In this document: positions 30,012-42,372 of the stretch, piece by piece
Numbering within the stretch: position 1 is the first letter of the stretch
Layout: every line of letters begins with the position of its first letter
NCBI GenBank assembly: GCA_963772785.1
Contig: CAVYYR010000005.1
Coordinates: 5,381 to 69,380 of the forward strand
Origin: an uncultured Bacillaceae bacterium
GTDB taxonomy: Bacteria > Bacillota > Bacilli > Bacillales > Halobacillaceae
Direction of reading: 5' to 3'
Length of the DNA stretch: 64,000 bases
The notes under the pieces: model-generated
The model's database searches: none
The model's input: the letters and a program-made list of their open reading frames with translations, nothing else
Told to the model about the DNA's origin: nothing
Made by a program: the position numbers and the translations under genes

Positions 30012-32223
30012 AATCAGCCCGGAACAGATCGAACAGCAAAAGCTTTACAGTGAAATGGGACTGCGGGACGAAGAATATGCCTCCATTAAAGATATTCTCG
30101 GCCGCCGTCCGAATTATACAGAAACCGGTCTATTCTCTGTTATGTGGTCGGAACATTGCAGTTACAAAAACTCCAAACCGCTTCTAAGGAAGTTTCCAAC
30201 AGAAGGGCCGCAAGTCCTTCAAGGTCCAGGAGAGGGAGCTGGCATCATCGATATTGGCGATGACCAGGCAGTTGTTTTCAAAATTGAAAGTCATAATCAC
30301 CCTTCTGCTGTGGAGCCTTACCAGGGAGCAGCGACCGGTGTTGGCGGTATTTTACGTGACGTCTTCTCCATGGGTGCACGCCCGATTGCTTTACTCAATT
30401 CCCTTCGATTTGGATCGCTGAAACAGCCTCGCGTTAAGTATTTGTTCGAAGAAGTAGTCCGCGGGATCGCAGGCTACGGCAACTGTGTCGGCGTCCCGAC
30501 AGTAGGTGGCGAGGTCCAGTTCGACAATGCCTACAACGGTAACCCGCTTGTCAACGCTATGTGTGTCGGGTTGATCGAGCACAAGGATATTCAAAAAGGA
30601 ATTGCTGCCGGGATCGGCAATACAGTTATGTACGTTGGAGCTAAAACCGGGCGTGATGGTATTCACGGGGCAACGTTTGCCTCCGAAGAGCTCTCCGAAG
30701 AATCTGAAGAGAAGCGTCCTTCGGTGCAGGTTGGTGACCCATTCATGGAAAAACTCCTCATTGAAGCTTGTCTGGATGTCATTCAGCACGAAGCACTTGT
30801 AGGTATTCAGGATATGGGCGCTGCCGGTCTCACTTCTTCAGCCAGTGAAATGGCCAGTAAAGCAGGGACGGGCATGACGATGAACCTTGATTTAATCCCT
30901 CAGCGCGAACTGGACATGACACCTTATGAAATGATGTTGTCTGAGTCTCAGGAACGCATGCTGCTTGTTGTGGAAAAAGGACGCGAAGAAGAAATCGCAC
31001 AAGTATTCCGTAAATATGATCTGGAAGCTGTGGCAGTAGGAGAAGTTACGGATACGAAGCACTTCCGGCTGGAGCATCGAGGAGAGATGGTGGCGGATGT
31101 ACCGGTGGATAGCCTGGCGGAGGACGCTCCTGTCTATCATCAGCCTTCTGCGATTCCGGCTTACTATAACGATTTCCAGGCAATGGAGCCTTACGTCCCA
31201 ACCGTAACGGACCATAGGTACACCCTTCACAATCTTTTAGGTCAGCCGACCATTGCCAGTAAAGAATGGGTCTATGACCAGTATGATTCCATGGTCCAGA
31301 CGAACACCGTCGTATCTCCAGGTTCAGATGCAGCCGTATTACGGGTTCGAGGCACGGATAAAGCTCTTGCGATGACGACCGACTGTAACTCCCGCTATAT
31401 CTATGTGGACCCGGAAGTCGGAGGCAAAATTGCTGTTGCGGAAGCAGCCCGGAACATTGTCTGCTCCGGCGGACGACCTCTAGGACTGACGGACGGTTTG
31501 AACTTCGGATCTCCGGAAAATCCTGAAATTTTCTGGCAAATGGAAAAGAGTGTGGACGGAATGAGCGCTGCCTGCAATGAACTGGGTACACCGGTCATCA
31601 GCGGCAATGTTTCCTTATATAACGAATCATTTGGAGGTCAGGCCGTTTACCCTACTCCCGTTGTCGGAATGGTTGGATTAATTGAGCATACTCAACAGAT
31701 TACCACTTCCCATATGAAACAAGCCGGTGATTTGATCTATCTTATCGGAGAAACGAAAGCTGAATTCGGTGGAAGCGAGCTTCAGGGACTGCTGGAAGAC
31801 CGCCACTTCGGACCGGCTCCGGCCATTGATTTACAAATAGAAGCCCAGCGTCAGAACCAGGTGCTGACGGCGATTCGTACCGGACTCGTTCAGTCGGCCC
31901 ACGATCTTGCAGAAGGCGGACTTGGAGTCGCTTTAGCTGAGAGCCTATTTGAGCAGGAATTAGGCTGTGAAGTGACCATTGATGGTGACCCAACCACTGC
32001 TTTATTCTCAGAAACCCAATCCCGTTTCCTTCTCTCGGTCAAACCGGAAGATCGGGAAGCTTTTGAAAAATTGGTCCCTGAAGGCCGTGTTATCGGAAAT
32101 GTTAAAGGGGACGGGGTATATCGTATCCTGTCGAACGATCAAGTCATTTTGGAAGATCAGACAACTAAGCTTAAACATACGTGGAAAGGAGCGATCCCAT
32201 GCCTGGTGAAATCAAAGGTTTAA
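29995..32223 (+). CDS. purL: FGAM synthase large subunit
   Basis: [29 protein letters not shown]. Confidence 0.98.
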   Translation: MPSKLEISPEQIEQQKLYSEMGLRDEEYASIKDILGRRPNYTETGLFSVMWSEHCSYKNSKPLLRKFPTEGPQVLQGPGEGAGIIDIGDDQAVVFKIESHNHPSAVEPYQGAATGVGGILRDVFSMGARPIALLNSLRFGSLKQPRVKYLFEEVVRGIAGYGNCVGVPTVGGEVQFDNAYNGNPLVNAMCVGLIEHKDIQKGIAAGIGNTVMYVGAKTGRDGIHGATFASEELSEESEEKRPSVQVGDPFMEKLLIEACLDVIQHEALVGIQDMGAAGLTSSASEMASKAGTGMTMNLDLIPQRELDMTPYEMMLSESQERMLLVVEKGREEEIAQVFRKYDLEAVAVGEVTDTKHFRLEHRGEMVADVPVDSLAEDAPVYHQPSAIPAYYNDFQAMEPYVPTVTDHRYTLHNLLGQPTIASKEWVYDQYDSMVQTNTVVSPGSDAAVLRVRGTDKALAMTTDCNSRYIYVDPEVGGKIAVAEAARNIVCSGGRPLGLTDGLNFGSPENPEIFWQMEKSVDGMSAACNELGTPVISGNVSLYNESFGGQAVYPTPVVGMVGLIEHTQQITTSHMKQAGDLIYLIGETKAEFGGSELQGLLEDRHFGPAPAIDLQIEAQRQNQVLTAIRTGLVQSAHDLAEGGLGVALAESLFEQELGCEVTIDGDPTTALFSETQSRFLLSVKPEDREAFEKLVPEGRVIGNVKGDGVYRILSNDQVILEDQTTKLKHTWKGAIPCLVKSKV

Positions 32224-33611
32224 ACGAAGAATGTGGTATTTTCGGCGTGTGGGGGCATCCAGATTCTGCCCAGCTGACGTATTATGGGCTGCATGCTTTG
32301 CAGCACCGCGGTCAGGAAGGTGCAGGGATTGTCACAACAGACGGGAAACAAATGAAGCTCCATAAAGGACACGGGTTGATCAATGAGGTCTTCTCCCAGA
32401 ATCAGCTCCAGGAATTAAAAGGTCACGCATCTGCTGGACATGTCCGTTATGCGACAGCAGGCGACGGCGGCTACGAAAATATTCAGCCGCTGGTTTTCCG
32501 GTCTCAGACGGGCAGTCTTGCTCTTGCTCATAACGGTAATTTGGTGAACGCTCATGCTCTTAAAAGCCAACTGGAAGGTCAGGGAAGTATTCTCACAACC
32601 ACCTCTGACACAGAGGTCGTGGCCCACTTAATTAAACGAGCACGCCATTTGCCTCTCGATGAAGCCATTATGGAGGCTCTATCCATGATTAAGGGAGCTT
32701 ATGCATTCTTATTAATGACAGAAGATCAAATGTTTGTCGCGAATGATCCGCGGGGTCTCCGCCCGATCAGTCTTGGTCAAATGGGTGACGCCTGGGTGGT
32801 TTCTTCTGAAACATGCGGATTCGATGTGATCGGTGCGACACACGAACGCGAAGTGAAGCCTGGCGAACTTGTGGTCATCTCAAATGAGGGAGTAGAAGCG
32901 AAACGCTACGCTTCACCGATCCAGCGAACACTTTGCTCGATGGAATATGTTTACTTTTCAAGACCGGACAGCAACCTGGACGGAAAAAACGTGCACGCTT
33001 CACGGAAGCGAATGGGTAAAGCGCTCGCCAAAGAAGCACCAGTGGAAGCGGATGTAGTCACGGGTGTACCGGATTCAAGCATCTCAGCGGCTATTGGCTA
33101 TGCGGAGGAATCAGGAATTCCTTATGAGCTTGGACTCATTAAGAACCGTTACGTAGGCCGTACATTCATCCAGCCATCTCAGGAACTCCGGGAGCAAGGG
33201 GTGAAAATGAAGCTTTCAGCTGTCCGAGGTATTGTCGAAGGGAAACGAGTGGTTATGGTCGATGACTCCATCGTGCGCGGAACAACCAGCCGACGTATTG
33301 TCCAAATGCTCAAGGATGCGGGTGCCAGTGAGGTTCATGTGCGCATCGCTTCTCCGCCGATTAAAAACCCGTGCTATTATGGCATTGATACAGCGAACAG
33401 CGGCGAACTGATTGCCTCTAACCGCTCGGTGGAAGAAATCGAAGAGCAGATCGGCGCCGATAGTCTGACTTTCCTTAGTCCTGATGGTCTGAACGAAGCG
33501 ATCTATCAAGGAGAAGAATCAATCGAACACGGAGGATGCATGGCCTGCTTCACGGGCAATTATCCGACAGAGATTTATCCGAATACCGCACATCCATATG
33601 AAAAGCTGTAG
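32199..33611 (+). CDS. purF: Amidophosphoribosyltransferase
   Basis: [28 protein letters not shown]. Confidence 0.98.
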   Translation: MPGEIKGLNEECGIFGVWGHPDSAQLTYYGLHALQHRGQEGAGIVTTDGKQMKLHKGHGLINEVFSQNQLQELKGHASAGHVRYATAGDGGYENIQPLVFRSQTGSLALAHNGNLVNAHALKSQLEGQGSILTTTSDTEVVAHLIKRARHLPLDEAIMEALSMIKGAYAFLLMTEDQMFVANDPRGLRPISLGQMGDAWVVSSETCGFDVIGATHEREVKPGELVVISNEGVEAKRYASPIQRTLCSMEYVYFSRPDSNLDGKNVHASRKRMGKALAKEAPVEADVVTGVPDSSISAAIGYAEESGIPYELGLIKNRYVGRTFIQPSQELREQGVKMKLSAVRGIVEGKRVVMVDDSIVRGTTSRRIVQMLKDAGASEVHVRIASPPIKNPCYYGIDTANSGELIASNRSVEEIEEQIGADSLTFLSPDGLNEAIYQGEESIEHGGCMACFTGNYPTEIYPNTAHPYEKL

Positions 33612-33629
33612 AGAAATGGGGGAACCTCG

Positions 33630-34652
33630 ATGAGTGAATCGTATAAACAGGCCGGTGTAGACGTGGAAGCTGGCTATGAATCCGTCGAACGCATGAAAAA
33701 ACATGTGCAGCGAACGATGCGTAAAGAAGTGATGGGAGGCCTTGGCGCTTTTGCCGGGCTGTTCGATATTAGTGAAATGAAGTATGAGCAACCGGTTCTC
33801 GTCACTGGTACGGATGGCGTAGGCACGAAGCTGAAACTCGCTTTTGAAATGAATAAACATGATACGATCGGGGTGGACGTGGTTGCAATGTGTGTGAACG
33901 ATATTGCGGCACAGGGAGCAGATCCCCTTTTATTCTTAGATTATATCGCCTGTGGAAAAAATGAACCGGCTCGTATCGAACAGATCGTCAAAGGAATTGC
34001 GGATGGCTGTGAACAGTCGGGAGCGGCTCTTATCGGCGGAGAAACGGCCGAAATGCCAGGGATGTATGAGCTTGAAGAATATGACTTGGCCGGTTTTGTC
34101 GTAGGTATGGCCGATAAGAAACAGCTGGTGACCGGGGAATCGATTCAAGCAGGAGACGTGCTTATTGGTCTTTCGTCATCTGGTGTGCACTCTAACGGCT
34201 TTTCTCTGGTTCGAAAAATTATAGAATCTAATGAGCTCGATCTGGACGAAGTTTATTCTGAATTTCAGCGCCCGCTTGGAGAGGAGCTTCTCACTCCGAC
34301 GCGAATTTACGTCCCGGCCCTTCAGCGGTTGAAACAGGCTGTCACCATTAAGGGCGTGGCTCATATTACAGGCGGCGGTTTTTATGAGAATATTCCGCGC
34401 GCGCTGCCTGAAGGGCTCGGGGCTCAAGTAGACCGGACAAGCTGGTCAGCTCCTTCCATTTTCTCTTTCTTACAGCATCACGGAAACCTATCCGAAGAGG
34501 ACATGTTCGGTGTGTTTAACATGGGTATAGGAATGGTTGCGGTTGTGTCGAAAGCAGATAAGGAAGCGGCACTTACTGCTTTACAGGAAGCTGGGGAGAC
34601 ACCGGTGGTTATCGGGCAGGTTACAGATGAGGAAGGAATTCACTGGATATGA
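33630..34652 (+). CDS. purM: AIR synthetase
   Basis: [30 protein letters not shown]. Confidence 0.97.
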   Translation: MSESYKQAGVDVEAGYESVERMKKHVQRTMRKEVMGGLGAFAGLFDISEMKYEQPVLVTGTDGVGTKLKLAFEMNKHDTIGVDVVAMCVNDIAAQGADPLLFLDYIACGKNEPARIEQIVKGIADGCEQSGAALIGGETAEMPGMYELEEYDLAGFVVGMADKKQLVTGESIQAGDVLIGLSSSGVHSNGFSLVRKIIESNELDLDEVYSEFQRPLGEELLTPTRIYVPALQRLKQAVTIKGVAHITGGGFYENIPRALPEGLGAQVDRTSWSAPSIFSFLQHHGNLSEEDMFGVFNMGIGMVAVVSKADKEAALTALQEAGETPVVIGQVTDEEGIHWI

Positions 34653-35227
34653 GAAATATAGCGATTTTTGCCTCAGGCGCAGGCTCGAATTTTGATGCCA
34701 TCGTTCAAGCCGTTGAAAGAGGAGATCTTGAAGCAAACATTTCTCTTTTGATCTGTGATCGTGTCGGGGCTCCCGTGATTGAAAAAGCCCAGCGTCATGA
34801 TATTGATACCGTCGTTTTTACACCGAAAGTGTATGACAATAAAGCGGCCTACGAAGCAGCTCTTCTTGAAGACTGCCGCTCAAGAAATATCGATTACATC
34901 GTACTGGCTGGATACATGAGGCTGCTTGGGCCGACGCTGCTTAAACCTTATCAGAACCGAATCGTAAACATTCACCCCTCTCTGCTGCCGGCCTTTCCAG
35001 GTAAAGATGCGATTGGTCAGGCACTTGATAAAAAAGTGAAAGTTACCGGAGTGACCGTGCATTTTGTAGATGACGGCATGGACACCGGACCGATTATCGA
35101 TCAAGAAGCTATCCGCATTAATGAGGACGATACCGAAGAAGATGTGAAACAAAAAATTCAGGCGGTCGAACATCGCCTGTACCCGGAAGTTATTCAGTCT
35201 TTACTGGTCAAGGAGGAATCGAAATGA
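34649..35227 (+). CDS. purN: GAR transformylase
   Basis: [33 protein letters not shown]. Confidence 0.97.
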   Translation: MRNIAIFASGAGSNFDAIVQAVERGDLEANISLLICDRVGAPVIEKAQRHDIDTVVFTPKVYDNKAAYEAALLEDCRSRNIDYIVLAGYMRLLGPTLLKPYQNRIVNIHPSLLPAFPGKDAIGQALDKKVKVTGVTVHFVDDGMDTGPIIDQEAIRINEDDTEEDVKQKIQAVEHRLYPEVIQSLLVKEESK

Positions 35228-36753
35228 AGAAACGCGCCTTACTCAGCGTATCAAATAAACAAGGATTAACAGAATTTGCGAAGCAGCTGCACGAACTAGA
35301 CTACGAACTAATCTCGACCGGAGGGACGAAGCGAACGATTGAAGAAGCAGGTATTCCGGTGCTGTCGATTTCTGAAATTACCGATTTCCCTGAAATTATG
35401 GATGGGCGTGTCAAAACCCTTCACCCGGCCGTACATGGCGGTCTCTTAGCCAAGCGCGGCAATGAAGACCACATGCAGCAGCTGGATGAACTGAATATCC
35501 AGACGATTGATCTGGTGGCCGTTAATTTATATCCATTTAAAGATACAATCGCGAAGCCTGGAGTAACAGAAGCGGACGCTATTGAAAACGTGGATATCGG
35601 CGGACCGACGATGCTTCGGGCAGCGGCAAAGAGTTTTGAAGATGTAGCGGTAGTCGTGGATCCGGCTGACTATGATGAAGTAATCGCCGGGTTACAAGAT
35701 GAACTAACCTATGAAAAACGCCGGAACCTTGCGGCGAAGGTTTTCCGTCATACGGCTAACTACGATGCTATGATTGCGGAGTACTTTACCACTAAGACGG
35801 AAGAAGCTTATCCGGAAACGTACACAGCTACGTATGAAAAAGTTCAATCCTTACGATATGGAGAGAACCCTCATCAATCAGCAAGCTTTTATAAAAAAGC
35901 GAATTATGAAGGCGCATCTCTTGCGCAGGCCGAGCAGCTGAACGGCAAAGAGCTATCTTATAACAATATTCAGGATGCTAATGCAGCGCTTGAAGTCGTA
36001 CTTGAATTTGAACAGCCGGCAGCGGTTGCCGTGAAACATATGAACCCATGCGGCGTAGGCGTTGGGGAAAATATATACGACGCGTATGTTAAGGCCTACG
36101 AAGGAGATCCAGTCTCTATTTTCGGTGGTATTGTAGCATTGAACCGGGAAGTGGACGAAGCAACAGCCGCTAAGTTAAAAGAGATCTTCCTCGAAATCAT
36201 CATTGCACCTTCCTTCAGTCAGGAAGCTCTCGATCTTCTGACGAAAAAGAAAAACCTGCGCCTGCTTACCGTTGAAATGAAAAAGGCAGAGCAGCAGACG
36301 CACAAGCTGACAAGTGTAAGCGGAGGTCTGCTTGTTCAGGATACTGATGAAGGTTCTGTTGATGTGACGGAACTTGAAGTAGCGACCAGCCGGAAGCCAA
36401 CCGATCAGGAGCTTCATGATTTGAAGCTTGGCTGGAAAGTGGTGAAGCATGTGAAATCGAACGCAATTGTTATTGCTAAAGGCGACCGTACACTTGGTGT
36501 CGGTGCGGGTCAAATGAACCGTGTAGGTGCTGCGAAAATTGCTCTGGAGCAGGCGGATGAGCAAGCGAAAGGAAGCATTATGGCTTCTGACGCCTTTTTC
36601 CCAATGCCGGATACGGTCGAAGAAGCGGCTGAAGCAGGTGTTACAGCGATCATCCAGCCGGGTGGTTCGAAGCGTGACCAGGATTCGATTGATGCCTGCG
36701 ATAAGCACGGCATCGCCATGGTATTTACTAGAATGCGTCATTTCAAACATTAG
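35224..36753 (+). CDS. purH: AICAR transformylase / IMP cyclohydrolase
   Basis: [35 protein letters not shown]. Confidence 0.98.
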   Translation: MKKRALLSVSNKQGLTEFAKQLHELDYELISTGGTKRTIEEAGIPVLSISEITDFPEIMDGRVKTLHPAVHGGLLAKRGNEDHMQQLDELNIQTIDLVAVNLYPFKDTIAKPGVTEADAIENVDIGGPTMLRAAAKSFEDVAVVVDPADYDEVIAGLQDELTYEKRRNLAAKVFRHTANYDAMIAEYFTTKTEEAYPETYTATYEKVQSLRYGENPHQSASFYKKANYEGASLAQAEQLNGKELSYNNIQDANAALEVVLEFEQPAAVAVKHMNPCGVGVGENIYDAYVKAYEGDPVSIFGGIVALNREVDEATAAKLKEIFLEIIIAPSFSQEALDLLTKKKNLRLLTVEMKKAEQQTHKLTSVSGGLLVQDTDEGSVDVTELEVATSRKPTDQELHDLKLGWKVVKHVKSNAIVIAKGDRTLGVGAGQMNRVGAAKIALEQADEQAKGSIMASDAFFPMPDTVEEAAEAGVTAIIQPGGSKRDQDSIDACDKHGIAMVFTRMRHFKH

Positions 36754-36771
36754 AGGAAGAGGTGGACAGGC

Positions 36772-38037
36772 ATGAAAATCATGGTCATCGGACGCGGTGG
36801 AAGAGAACACAGCCTGATTCAGAAGTTTGCCGAAAGTGAACAGGCAACGATGCTTTATGCCGTACCTGGAAATGCTGGTATGGAAGAATTGGCTGAGCGT
36901 GTAGCTATACCGGAAACCGATCAGGAGGGGTTAGTGCGTTTTGCTAAAGAAAACGAAGTTGACCTGACGGTGGTCGGTCCTGAAAATCCGCTGCTTGAAG
37001 GGGTCGTCGATGCCTTTCAGGAAGCAGGCTTAAAGGTTTTCGGACCTAATCAACAAGCCGCATTAATCGAAGGAAGCAAACATTTCGCGAAACAGATCAT
37101 GGAGCAGTATGAGATTCCTACCGCTTCCTATCAGGCCTTCACGGAAGCTGAGCCTGCTGTTGCATATATTAAAGAAAAAGGCGCACCGATTGTCGTAAAA
37201 GCAGATGGTCTCGCTGCTGGCAAAGGGGTAGTCGTGGCAGAAACGGAAGAGCAGGCGATCGAAGCGGTAGAAGAGATGCTAGACGGTCAGTTTGGCGAAG
37301 CCAGTGAAGAGATTGTCGTAGAGGAATTCTTGCAGGGGAAAGAGTTTTCCTTAATGGCTTTCGTCCAGGGTGAACATGTGTACCCAATGATTCCTGCAAG
37401 AGATCATAAGCGGGCGTTCGATGGTGATCAAGGTCCGAATACAGGTGGAATGGGGGCTTATGCACCTGTACCTGAATTAGAAGAAGGAGCCTATCAGACG
37501 GCGGTTTCTTCTATCCTCGAGCCGGCGGCGCGGGCTCTTGTCAAAGAGGGTCGTTCCTTTACCGGCATTTTATATGCAGGCCTAATTGAAAGTCCCGAGG
37601 GGCCAAAAGTGATTGAGTTCAACGCGCGCTTTGGAGATCCCGAGACGCAGGTCGTTCTTCCGCTGCTTGAAAATGATCTTGTGCAAGTGATGCTGGATGT
37701 TCTGGAAGGCAAGGACCCTGAACTTACCTGGTCGAAAGAGGTTTGTGCAGGGGTGGTCGTCGCTTCGAGCGGATATCCGGGGGGATATGAGAAAGGACGG
37801 CCGTTACCTGTATTAAAAGCACACGATCAGGCGTTTACGGTTCACGCCGGTACGGAAAAGGACGAGGAAGGCTATGTATCCAGTGGCGGGCGTGTCCTGC
37901 TTGCAGGTGCTAAAGATAAGAATCTTTCCCGGGCACTGGATGGCGTTTATAATTACTTGAACTGTTTTGAAGGGTTCTCTGACTTTTTCTATCGTCGTGA
38001 CATCGGACACTCATCGATTTCTTCGACGGACACCTAA
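36772..38037 (+). CDS. purD: GAR synthetase
   Basis: GGREH, VKADGLAAGKGV, DGDQGPNTGGMGAY, EFNARFGDPETQ. Confidence 0.98.
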   Translation: MKIMVIGRGGREHSLIQKFAESEQATMLYAVPGNAGMEELAERVAIPETDQEGLVRFAKENEVDLTVVGPENPLLEGVVDAFQEAGLKVFGPNQQAALIEGSKHFAKQIMEQYEIPTASYQAFTEAEPAVAYIKEKGAPIVVKADGLAAGKGVVVAETEEQAIEAVEEMLDGQFGEASEEIVVEEFLQGKEFSLMAFVQGEHVYPMIPARDHKRAFDGDQGPNTGGMGAYAPVPELEEGAYQTAVSSILEPAARALVKEGRSFTGILYAGLIESPEGPKVIEFNARFGDPETQVVLPLLENDLVQVMLDVLEGKDPELTWSKEVCAGVVVASSGYPGGYEKGRPLPVLKAHDQAFTVHAGTEKDEEGYVSSGGRVLLAGAKDKNLSRALDGVYNYLNCFEGFSDFFYRRDIGHSSISSTDT

Positions 38038-38115
38038 ATAAAATAGGGCGGCGATCGAACCGATGATCGTGATGACCACGAATCCGACGTCTGTTAAATA
38101 TTCCATAAAGTCCAT
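38011..38115 (-). CDS. EYxxD-motif small membrane protein (34 aa), not in ORF track
   Basis: AAGGA SD; MDFMEYLTDVGFVVITIIGSIAALFYLGVRRRNR: EYxxD, one TM helix, basic tail. Confidence 0.75.
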   Translation of the reverse strand: MDFMEYLTDVGFVVITIIGSIAALFYLGVRRRNR

Positions 38116-38134
38116 TGATTTCATCCTTTATAAG

Positions 38135-38165
38135 AAGGACGGGGAGTGCCCCGTCCTTTTTTATT
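38135..38165 (+). terminator. Terminator of the pur operon (possibly bidirectional)
   Basis: AAGGACGGGG-AGTG-CCCCGTCCTT plus T-run. Confidence 0.8.
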
Positions 38166-38188
38166 TCGGGATCAACCCGATTTCTTCA

Positions 38189-38443
38189 TCATTTACTGCT
38201 GAACTGGTTTAAATTCTGCTGCCATCCTTGTTCAATACCGTCTGTTTCCTCAGCCATTTCTTCAAAAGCTGCCGTTAACGGGCAGTAGCGGACAATCCCT
38301 TCAGCTACTTTCATTGATGCGAGGACAACAAGCATAGGATGGACTTCTCTTGTCTTATTTGCTCGAATGGTCAGTAACGTCAGCATGCTTAATCCAGCTG
38401 TAATACGAACCATTGAGTTGATGATGCCAATATTTGGCTTCAT
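38189..38443 (-). CDS. YgaP/DUF2892-family membrane protein
   Basis: MKPNIGIINSMVRITAG...EGIVRYCP; GGAGG SD. Confidence 0.85.
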   Translation of the reverse strand: MKPNIGIINSMVRITAGLSMLTLLTIRANKTREVHPMLVVLASMKVAEGIVRYCPLTAAFEEMAEETDGIEQGWQQNLNQFSSK

Positions 38444-38518
38444 GGTCGGCTTCCTCCTTACCACATAAAGACTTCCTGTGTTACCATAGTACATATTGAC
38501 TCGATAGGAGGACGCTCC

Positions 38519-40264
38519 ATGAATGAAACACGATTCCGTTGGCGTAACCGGCAGCTGCGTGAACACGCAAGCGTCATGGATGGTACGCATGCGCCAACCA
38601 AATTAATTAAACATACCACTTATTTAAACGTATATTTAAAACAATGGATGACTGGACATATATGGTTGTACGAAGACCGCATCATTTATACCGGTTCGGA
38701 GCTTCCTGCCAACCTGGAAGGAACAGAAATCATTGATGGAAAGGACAGTTACATTGTCCCGGGGTATATTGAACCCCACGCCCATCCTTTTCAATTATAT
38801 AATCCCCGAAGCTTAGCGGAATATGCAGCGCGCACAGGTACCACATCATTAATCAACGATAACCTCATGTGGCTTTTTTTAACAAAAAAAGAGAAAGCGT
38901 TTTCGCTGCTTGAAGAATTCATGGATTTACCGGCTACGATGTACTGGTGGGCGCGCTTCGATCCCCAGTCTGTCTTAAGAGACGAAGAACGTGAAGCCTT
39001 TGACGAGCAGGTTGTTTCCTGGATTGAACACGATGCTGTCATTCAGGGCGGGGAACTCACGGCCTGGACGGATGTCTTGTATAATGGTGACGAACAAATC
39101 CTGCACTGGATGCAGGAGACGAAACGCGCCCGCAAGCCGCTTGAAGCCCACTTACCCGGAGCCAGCGAAAAAACGCTTGTGAAAATGCGTCTCTTAGGTA
39201 TGGATTCAGAACACGAATCCATGACCGCCGATGATGTGATTAAGCGGCTTTCGGTCGGTTATCAGACAGGAATCCGCTATTCGTCTATACGACCGGATCT
39301 TCCGGAGATTTTTAAAGGTCTGAAGGAAAAGAATCATACGCACTATGATCACCTGATGTACACCACAGATGGATCAACGCCTGGTTTTTATCGTGAAGGA
39401 CTGATCAATATGTGCATACGGCTTGCCATAGAGGCTGGAGTCCCCGTCATTGATGCTTATATGATGGCCACCTATCAGCCGGCACGTCACTTTAATATTG
39501 AAAACCGGGTAGGAAGTATTAATTCCGGACGCGTGGCTCACTTGAACTTTTTAAAAGATCCCAAGGATCCGACTCCGCATTCCGTGATCGCTAAAGGGGA
39601 GTGGGTAAAGCGCGATGGAGAAGACATCAAACCGGAGAATTCCATCCAGTGGAAGAAGAATGGCATTGATCATTTAAATCTTGATTGGGAAATGAACGAG
39701 CACGATATGCAGTTCTCCATGCCGATTGGAATGGAGATGATTAATGACGTTATTATGAAACCTTATGCGATTGATCTAGATGCATCTGCGTCACAGCTTC
39801 CAGACGATACAGATGAAGCTTTTCTCATGCTCATGGACCGAGAAGGTAAATGGACCGTAAACACCCTGCTCAAAGGGTTTACGGATTCCCTTGGGGCTCT
39901 TGCAAGCTCATACTCCAACACGGGAGACCTTATTCTGATTGGAAAATCGCGGTCAGATATTGAAAAAGCGTTTGCTCGAATGAAAGAAATCGGCGGTGGA
40001 ATCGTTCTCGTGGATCAAGGAAAGATTCTCTTTGAATTGCCTCTTCCGCTTGGCGGGATCATGTCTGATTTGCCGCTTGAGGATTTAATGCAGGAAGAAA
40101 GCAAACTGAAAGAGTATTTGAAGGAGTACGGTTTTTCATTTTCCGATCCAGTGTACACACTGCTTTTCTTATCTTCCATGCATTTACCTTATATACGAAT
40201 CACACCGCTTGGTATCATGGATGTGAAAAAGAAAGAAGTACTCTATCCTTCCATCATGAGATAG
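38519..40264 (+). CDS. yerA: Adenine deaminase-like amidohydrolase (YerA)
   Basis: PGYIEPHAHP, TTDGS, SSMHLPYIRIT; synteny after purD. Confidence 0.88.
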   Translation: MNETRFRWRNRQLREHASVMDGTHAPTKLIKHTTYLNVYLKQWMTGHIWLYEDRIIYTGSELPANLEGTEIIDGKDSYIVPGYIEPHAHPFQLYNPRSLAEYAARTGTTSLINDNLMWLFLTKKEKAFSLLEEFMDLPATMYWWARFDPQSVLRDEEREAFDEQVVSWIEHDAVIQGGELTAWTDVLYNGDEQILHWMQETKRARKPLEAHLPGASEKTLVKMRLLGMDSEHESMTADDVIKRLSVGYQTGIRYSSIRPDLPEIFKGLKEKNHTHYDHLMYTTDGSTPGFYREGLINMCIRLAIEAGVPVIDAYMMATYQPARHFNIENRVGSINSGRVAHLNFLKDPKDPTPHSVIAKGEWVKRDGEDIKPENSIQWKKNGIDHLNLDWEMNEHDMQFSMPIGMEMINDVIMKPYAIDLDASASQLPDDTDEAFLMLMDREGKWTVNTLLKGFTDSLGALASSYSNTGDLILIGKSRSDIEKAFARMKEIGGGIVLVDQGKILFELPLPLGGIMSDLPLEDLMQEESKLKEYLKEYGFSFSDPVYTLLFLSSMHLPYIRITPLGIMDVKKKEVLYPSIMR

Positions 40265-40303
40265 TATAGAATGATATGAAAAAAATGATGAGGGAAGTGC
40301 GAG

Positions 40304-41350
40304 ATGAGAAGGTTAACCTGGATGCTGCTGTTTGGTTGTGTGCTTATGCCTCTTCAGGCCTGTGCGGGCGGAGCCCCTCAGGCGCCGTCCCCTTCACCAG
40401 AAGCCCCTGATGGAGTTTCTACCGAAAATGAGACGATTGAAGATGACGAGGATGTTTTTCCATTAACCGGAGAACCTGCGCAGGGCGGGGTGGATCATCG
40501 GGTGGTTTCTGTGATGATTAATAATCATACAAAAGCCCGGCCTCAATCCGGCTTAAGTCAGGCAGATATCGTCTTCGAAGTGTTGGCAGAGGGTCAGATC
40601 ACCCGTTTTTTAGCTTTATTTCATAGTCAACTACCTGATACAATAGGACCAGTGAGAAGTGCCAGACCGTATTTTAATGAGCTGGCTTCTGGATTCGATG
40701 CACTGTATGTGTACCACGGAGCTTCTACAGCGATCAACCGTCACGTCGCTGAAAGCGGTATCCCTTACCTGGACGCAGCAGGCTATGATAACAACGGCTG
40801 GCTGTTTGAGCGGTCCACTGAGAGAAAACCTCCCCACAATTCCTATTTGCTGACACAGGGTATAGAGCGATTTATGAGAGAAAAGGAATATACAAACCCG
40901 GGTAGCATCGAGGCGTTACCTTTTGAAAAAGAAAACGGGGAAAGCACAGAAGGTACGCCCATTGATAAAGTAAAAGTTATTTACTCCGAGCGACCCGAAG
41001 AAACCGTTACTTATTCATTTCGTGAGGCAGACGGAAACTTCGAGCGTTCCAGCGACGGAAAGCCATCAGTCGATCACGAGAACGGCGAGCGGTTAGCTGT
41101 AGATAACGTTTGGATTGTTGAAACAAGGCATACCATTATAGATTCACAAGGCCGGAGGGCGATAGATTTAACTTCCGGCGGAAACGGGTATCTATTACGA
41201 AAAGGGAAAATAATAGAGGCAGAATGGAAAAACGTGAACGGGCGGATCCTGCCTTACCGAGATGGACGTCCCATTCGCTTCACCCCTGGCAAAACCTGGG
41301 TGAATATTATCCCGGAACAAGCTAGAATTGAAACCAGTTATAGAAAGTAA
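40304..41350 (+). CDS. yerB: DUF3048 lipoprotein (YerB)
   Basis: Lipobox LQAC, INNHTKARPQSGL, EGQITRF, GPVRSAR. Confidence 0.9.
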   Translation: MRRLTWMLLFGCVLMPLQACAGGAPQAPSPSPEAPDGVSTENETIEDDEDVFPLTGEPAQGGVDHRVVSVMINNHTKARPQSGLSQADIVFEVLAEGQITRFLALFHSQLPDTIGPVRSARPYFNELASGFDALYVYHGASTAINRHVAESGIPYLDAAGYDNNGWLFERSTERKPPHNSYLLTQGIERFMREKEYTNPGSIEALPFEKENGESTEGTPIDKVKVIYSERPEETVTYSFREADGNFERSSDGKPSVDHENGERLAVDNVWIVETRHTIIDSQGRRAIDLTSGGNGYLLRKGKIIEAEWKNVNGRILPYRDGRPIRFTPGKTWVNIIPEQARIETSYRK

Positions 41351-41370
41351 CCAAGGAGGAATCTTGACAC

Positions 41371-41673
41371 ATGCAGATTGATAAATTACGCGGGAAGACG
41401 CTGGATCAATTGTTCGAAGCGATTCTTTCTCTGCAGAATGTGGAAGAATGTTACGAGTTTTTTGATGACCTGGCGACAATGAATGAAGTTCAATCCCTGG
41501 CTCAGCGCCTGGAAGTTGCCCGTATGCTTAGAGATGGATATACGTATCATAAAATTGAAACGGAAACAGGTGCTTCCACGGCGACGATTTCACGTGTGAA
41601 GCGTTGTTTGAACTATGGAAATGACGCCTATACCCAGGCGCTTGATCGTGTTCAGGAGAAGAAAACGGAATAA
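41371..41673 (+). CDS. yerC: YerC/YecD TrpR-related protein
   Basis: ECYEFFDDL, GASTATISRVKRCL. Confidence 0.93.
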   Translation: MQIDKLRGKTLDQLFEAILSLQNVEECYEFFDDLATMNEVQSLAQRLEVARMLRDGYTYHKIETETGASTATISRVKRCLNYGNDAYTQALDRVQEKKTE

Positions 41674-41682
41674 ATCAGCAGG

Positions 41683-41720
41683 AGCAGTCCAATTCGTGTA
41701 TTAAGTTGGGCTGTTTTTTT
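41683..41720 (+). terminator. Terminator after yerC
   Basis: GCAGTCCAAT...GTTGGGCTGT plus T-run. Confidence 0.7.
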
Positions 41721-41788
41721 GTATGGATGGTTTTAAAACTCTTGTTAAATTTCATAAAAGGCTTATTAAGCAATAGGGCCGGATGGTG

Positions 41789-42293
41789 TAAGACTCAGTT
41801 TCGAGGTTGAGAGGAAAGGTCCTGCGGGGGATGATTCGCTTTCCGCGGGCATGTGCTGAGCCTCCTCAGCTCAACTCTCCGGGGTCTCACCGATCATGTT
41901 TATCCCACAGGAGTCTACATCGTCCCCCCTCCGGACCTTGCCAAATCAGAAGCTCGAAACCATTTAAACCATCACCTGCGTGATGAGGAATTAGACCATG
42001 TAGTTTTGTACCTATCCCCAGGATCTAAAGGCCCGCAAAGCCTTTCATAAAAGCATATAATTCAGATTAAGCAGGAGAATCTTTCTCTTCTAGTAGGGTC
42101 CGTTCGCAGTATTATAGTTGGGTTGGTGGGGAAATGGCGAGACTCCCGTGGGAGAAGGATCTAGGTGAGACCCCACAAGGAGTGAAAACGACTGAGGAGG
42201 CTCACCAGTTCCCCCACAGGAAAGCGAGTTATTTCCCCACCAACCCTTATCCATCTAACGTAACGGACCCATTTATCTCGAAACTGAGTCTTC
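41789..42293. repeat. Composite palindromic repeat, copy 3 (uninterrupted; reverse orientation of copy 2)
   Basis: Inverted ends TAAGACTCAGTTTCGAG / TATCTCGAAACTGAGTCTTC; empty site TATCCC-AC-AGGAGTCT at 41901-41916. Confidence 0.85.
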
Positions 42294-42372
42294 AACGAAA
42301 GGGAGCTTTACTGGAAGTTCAGCGGGGAGATTTTTAACAGAGTGGAACTTATATATAAAGATAGGAGTGTAG

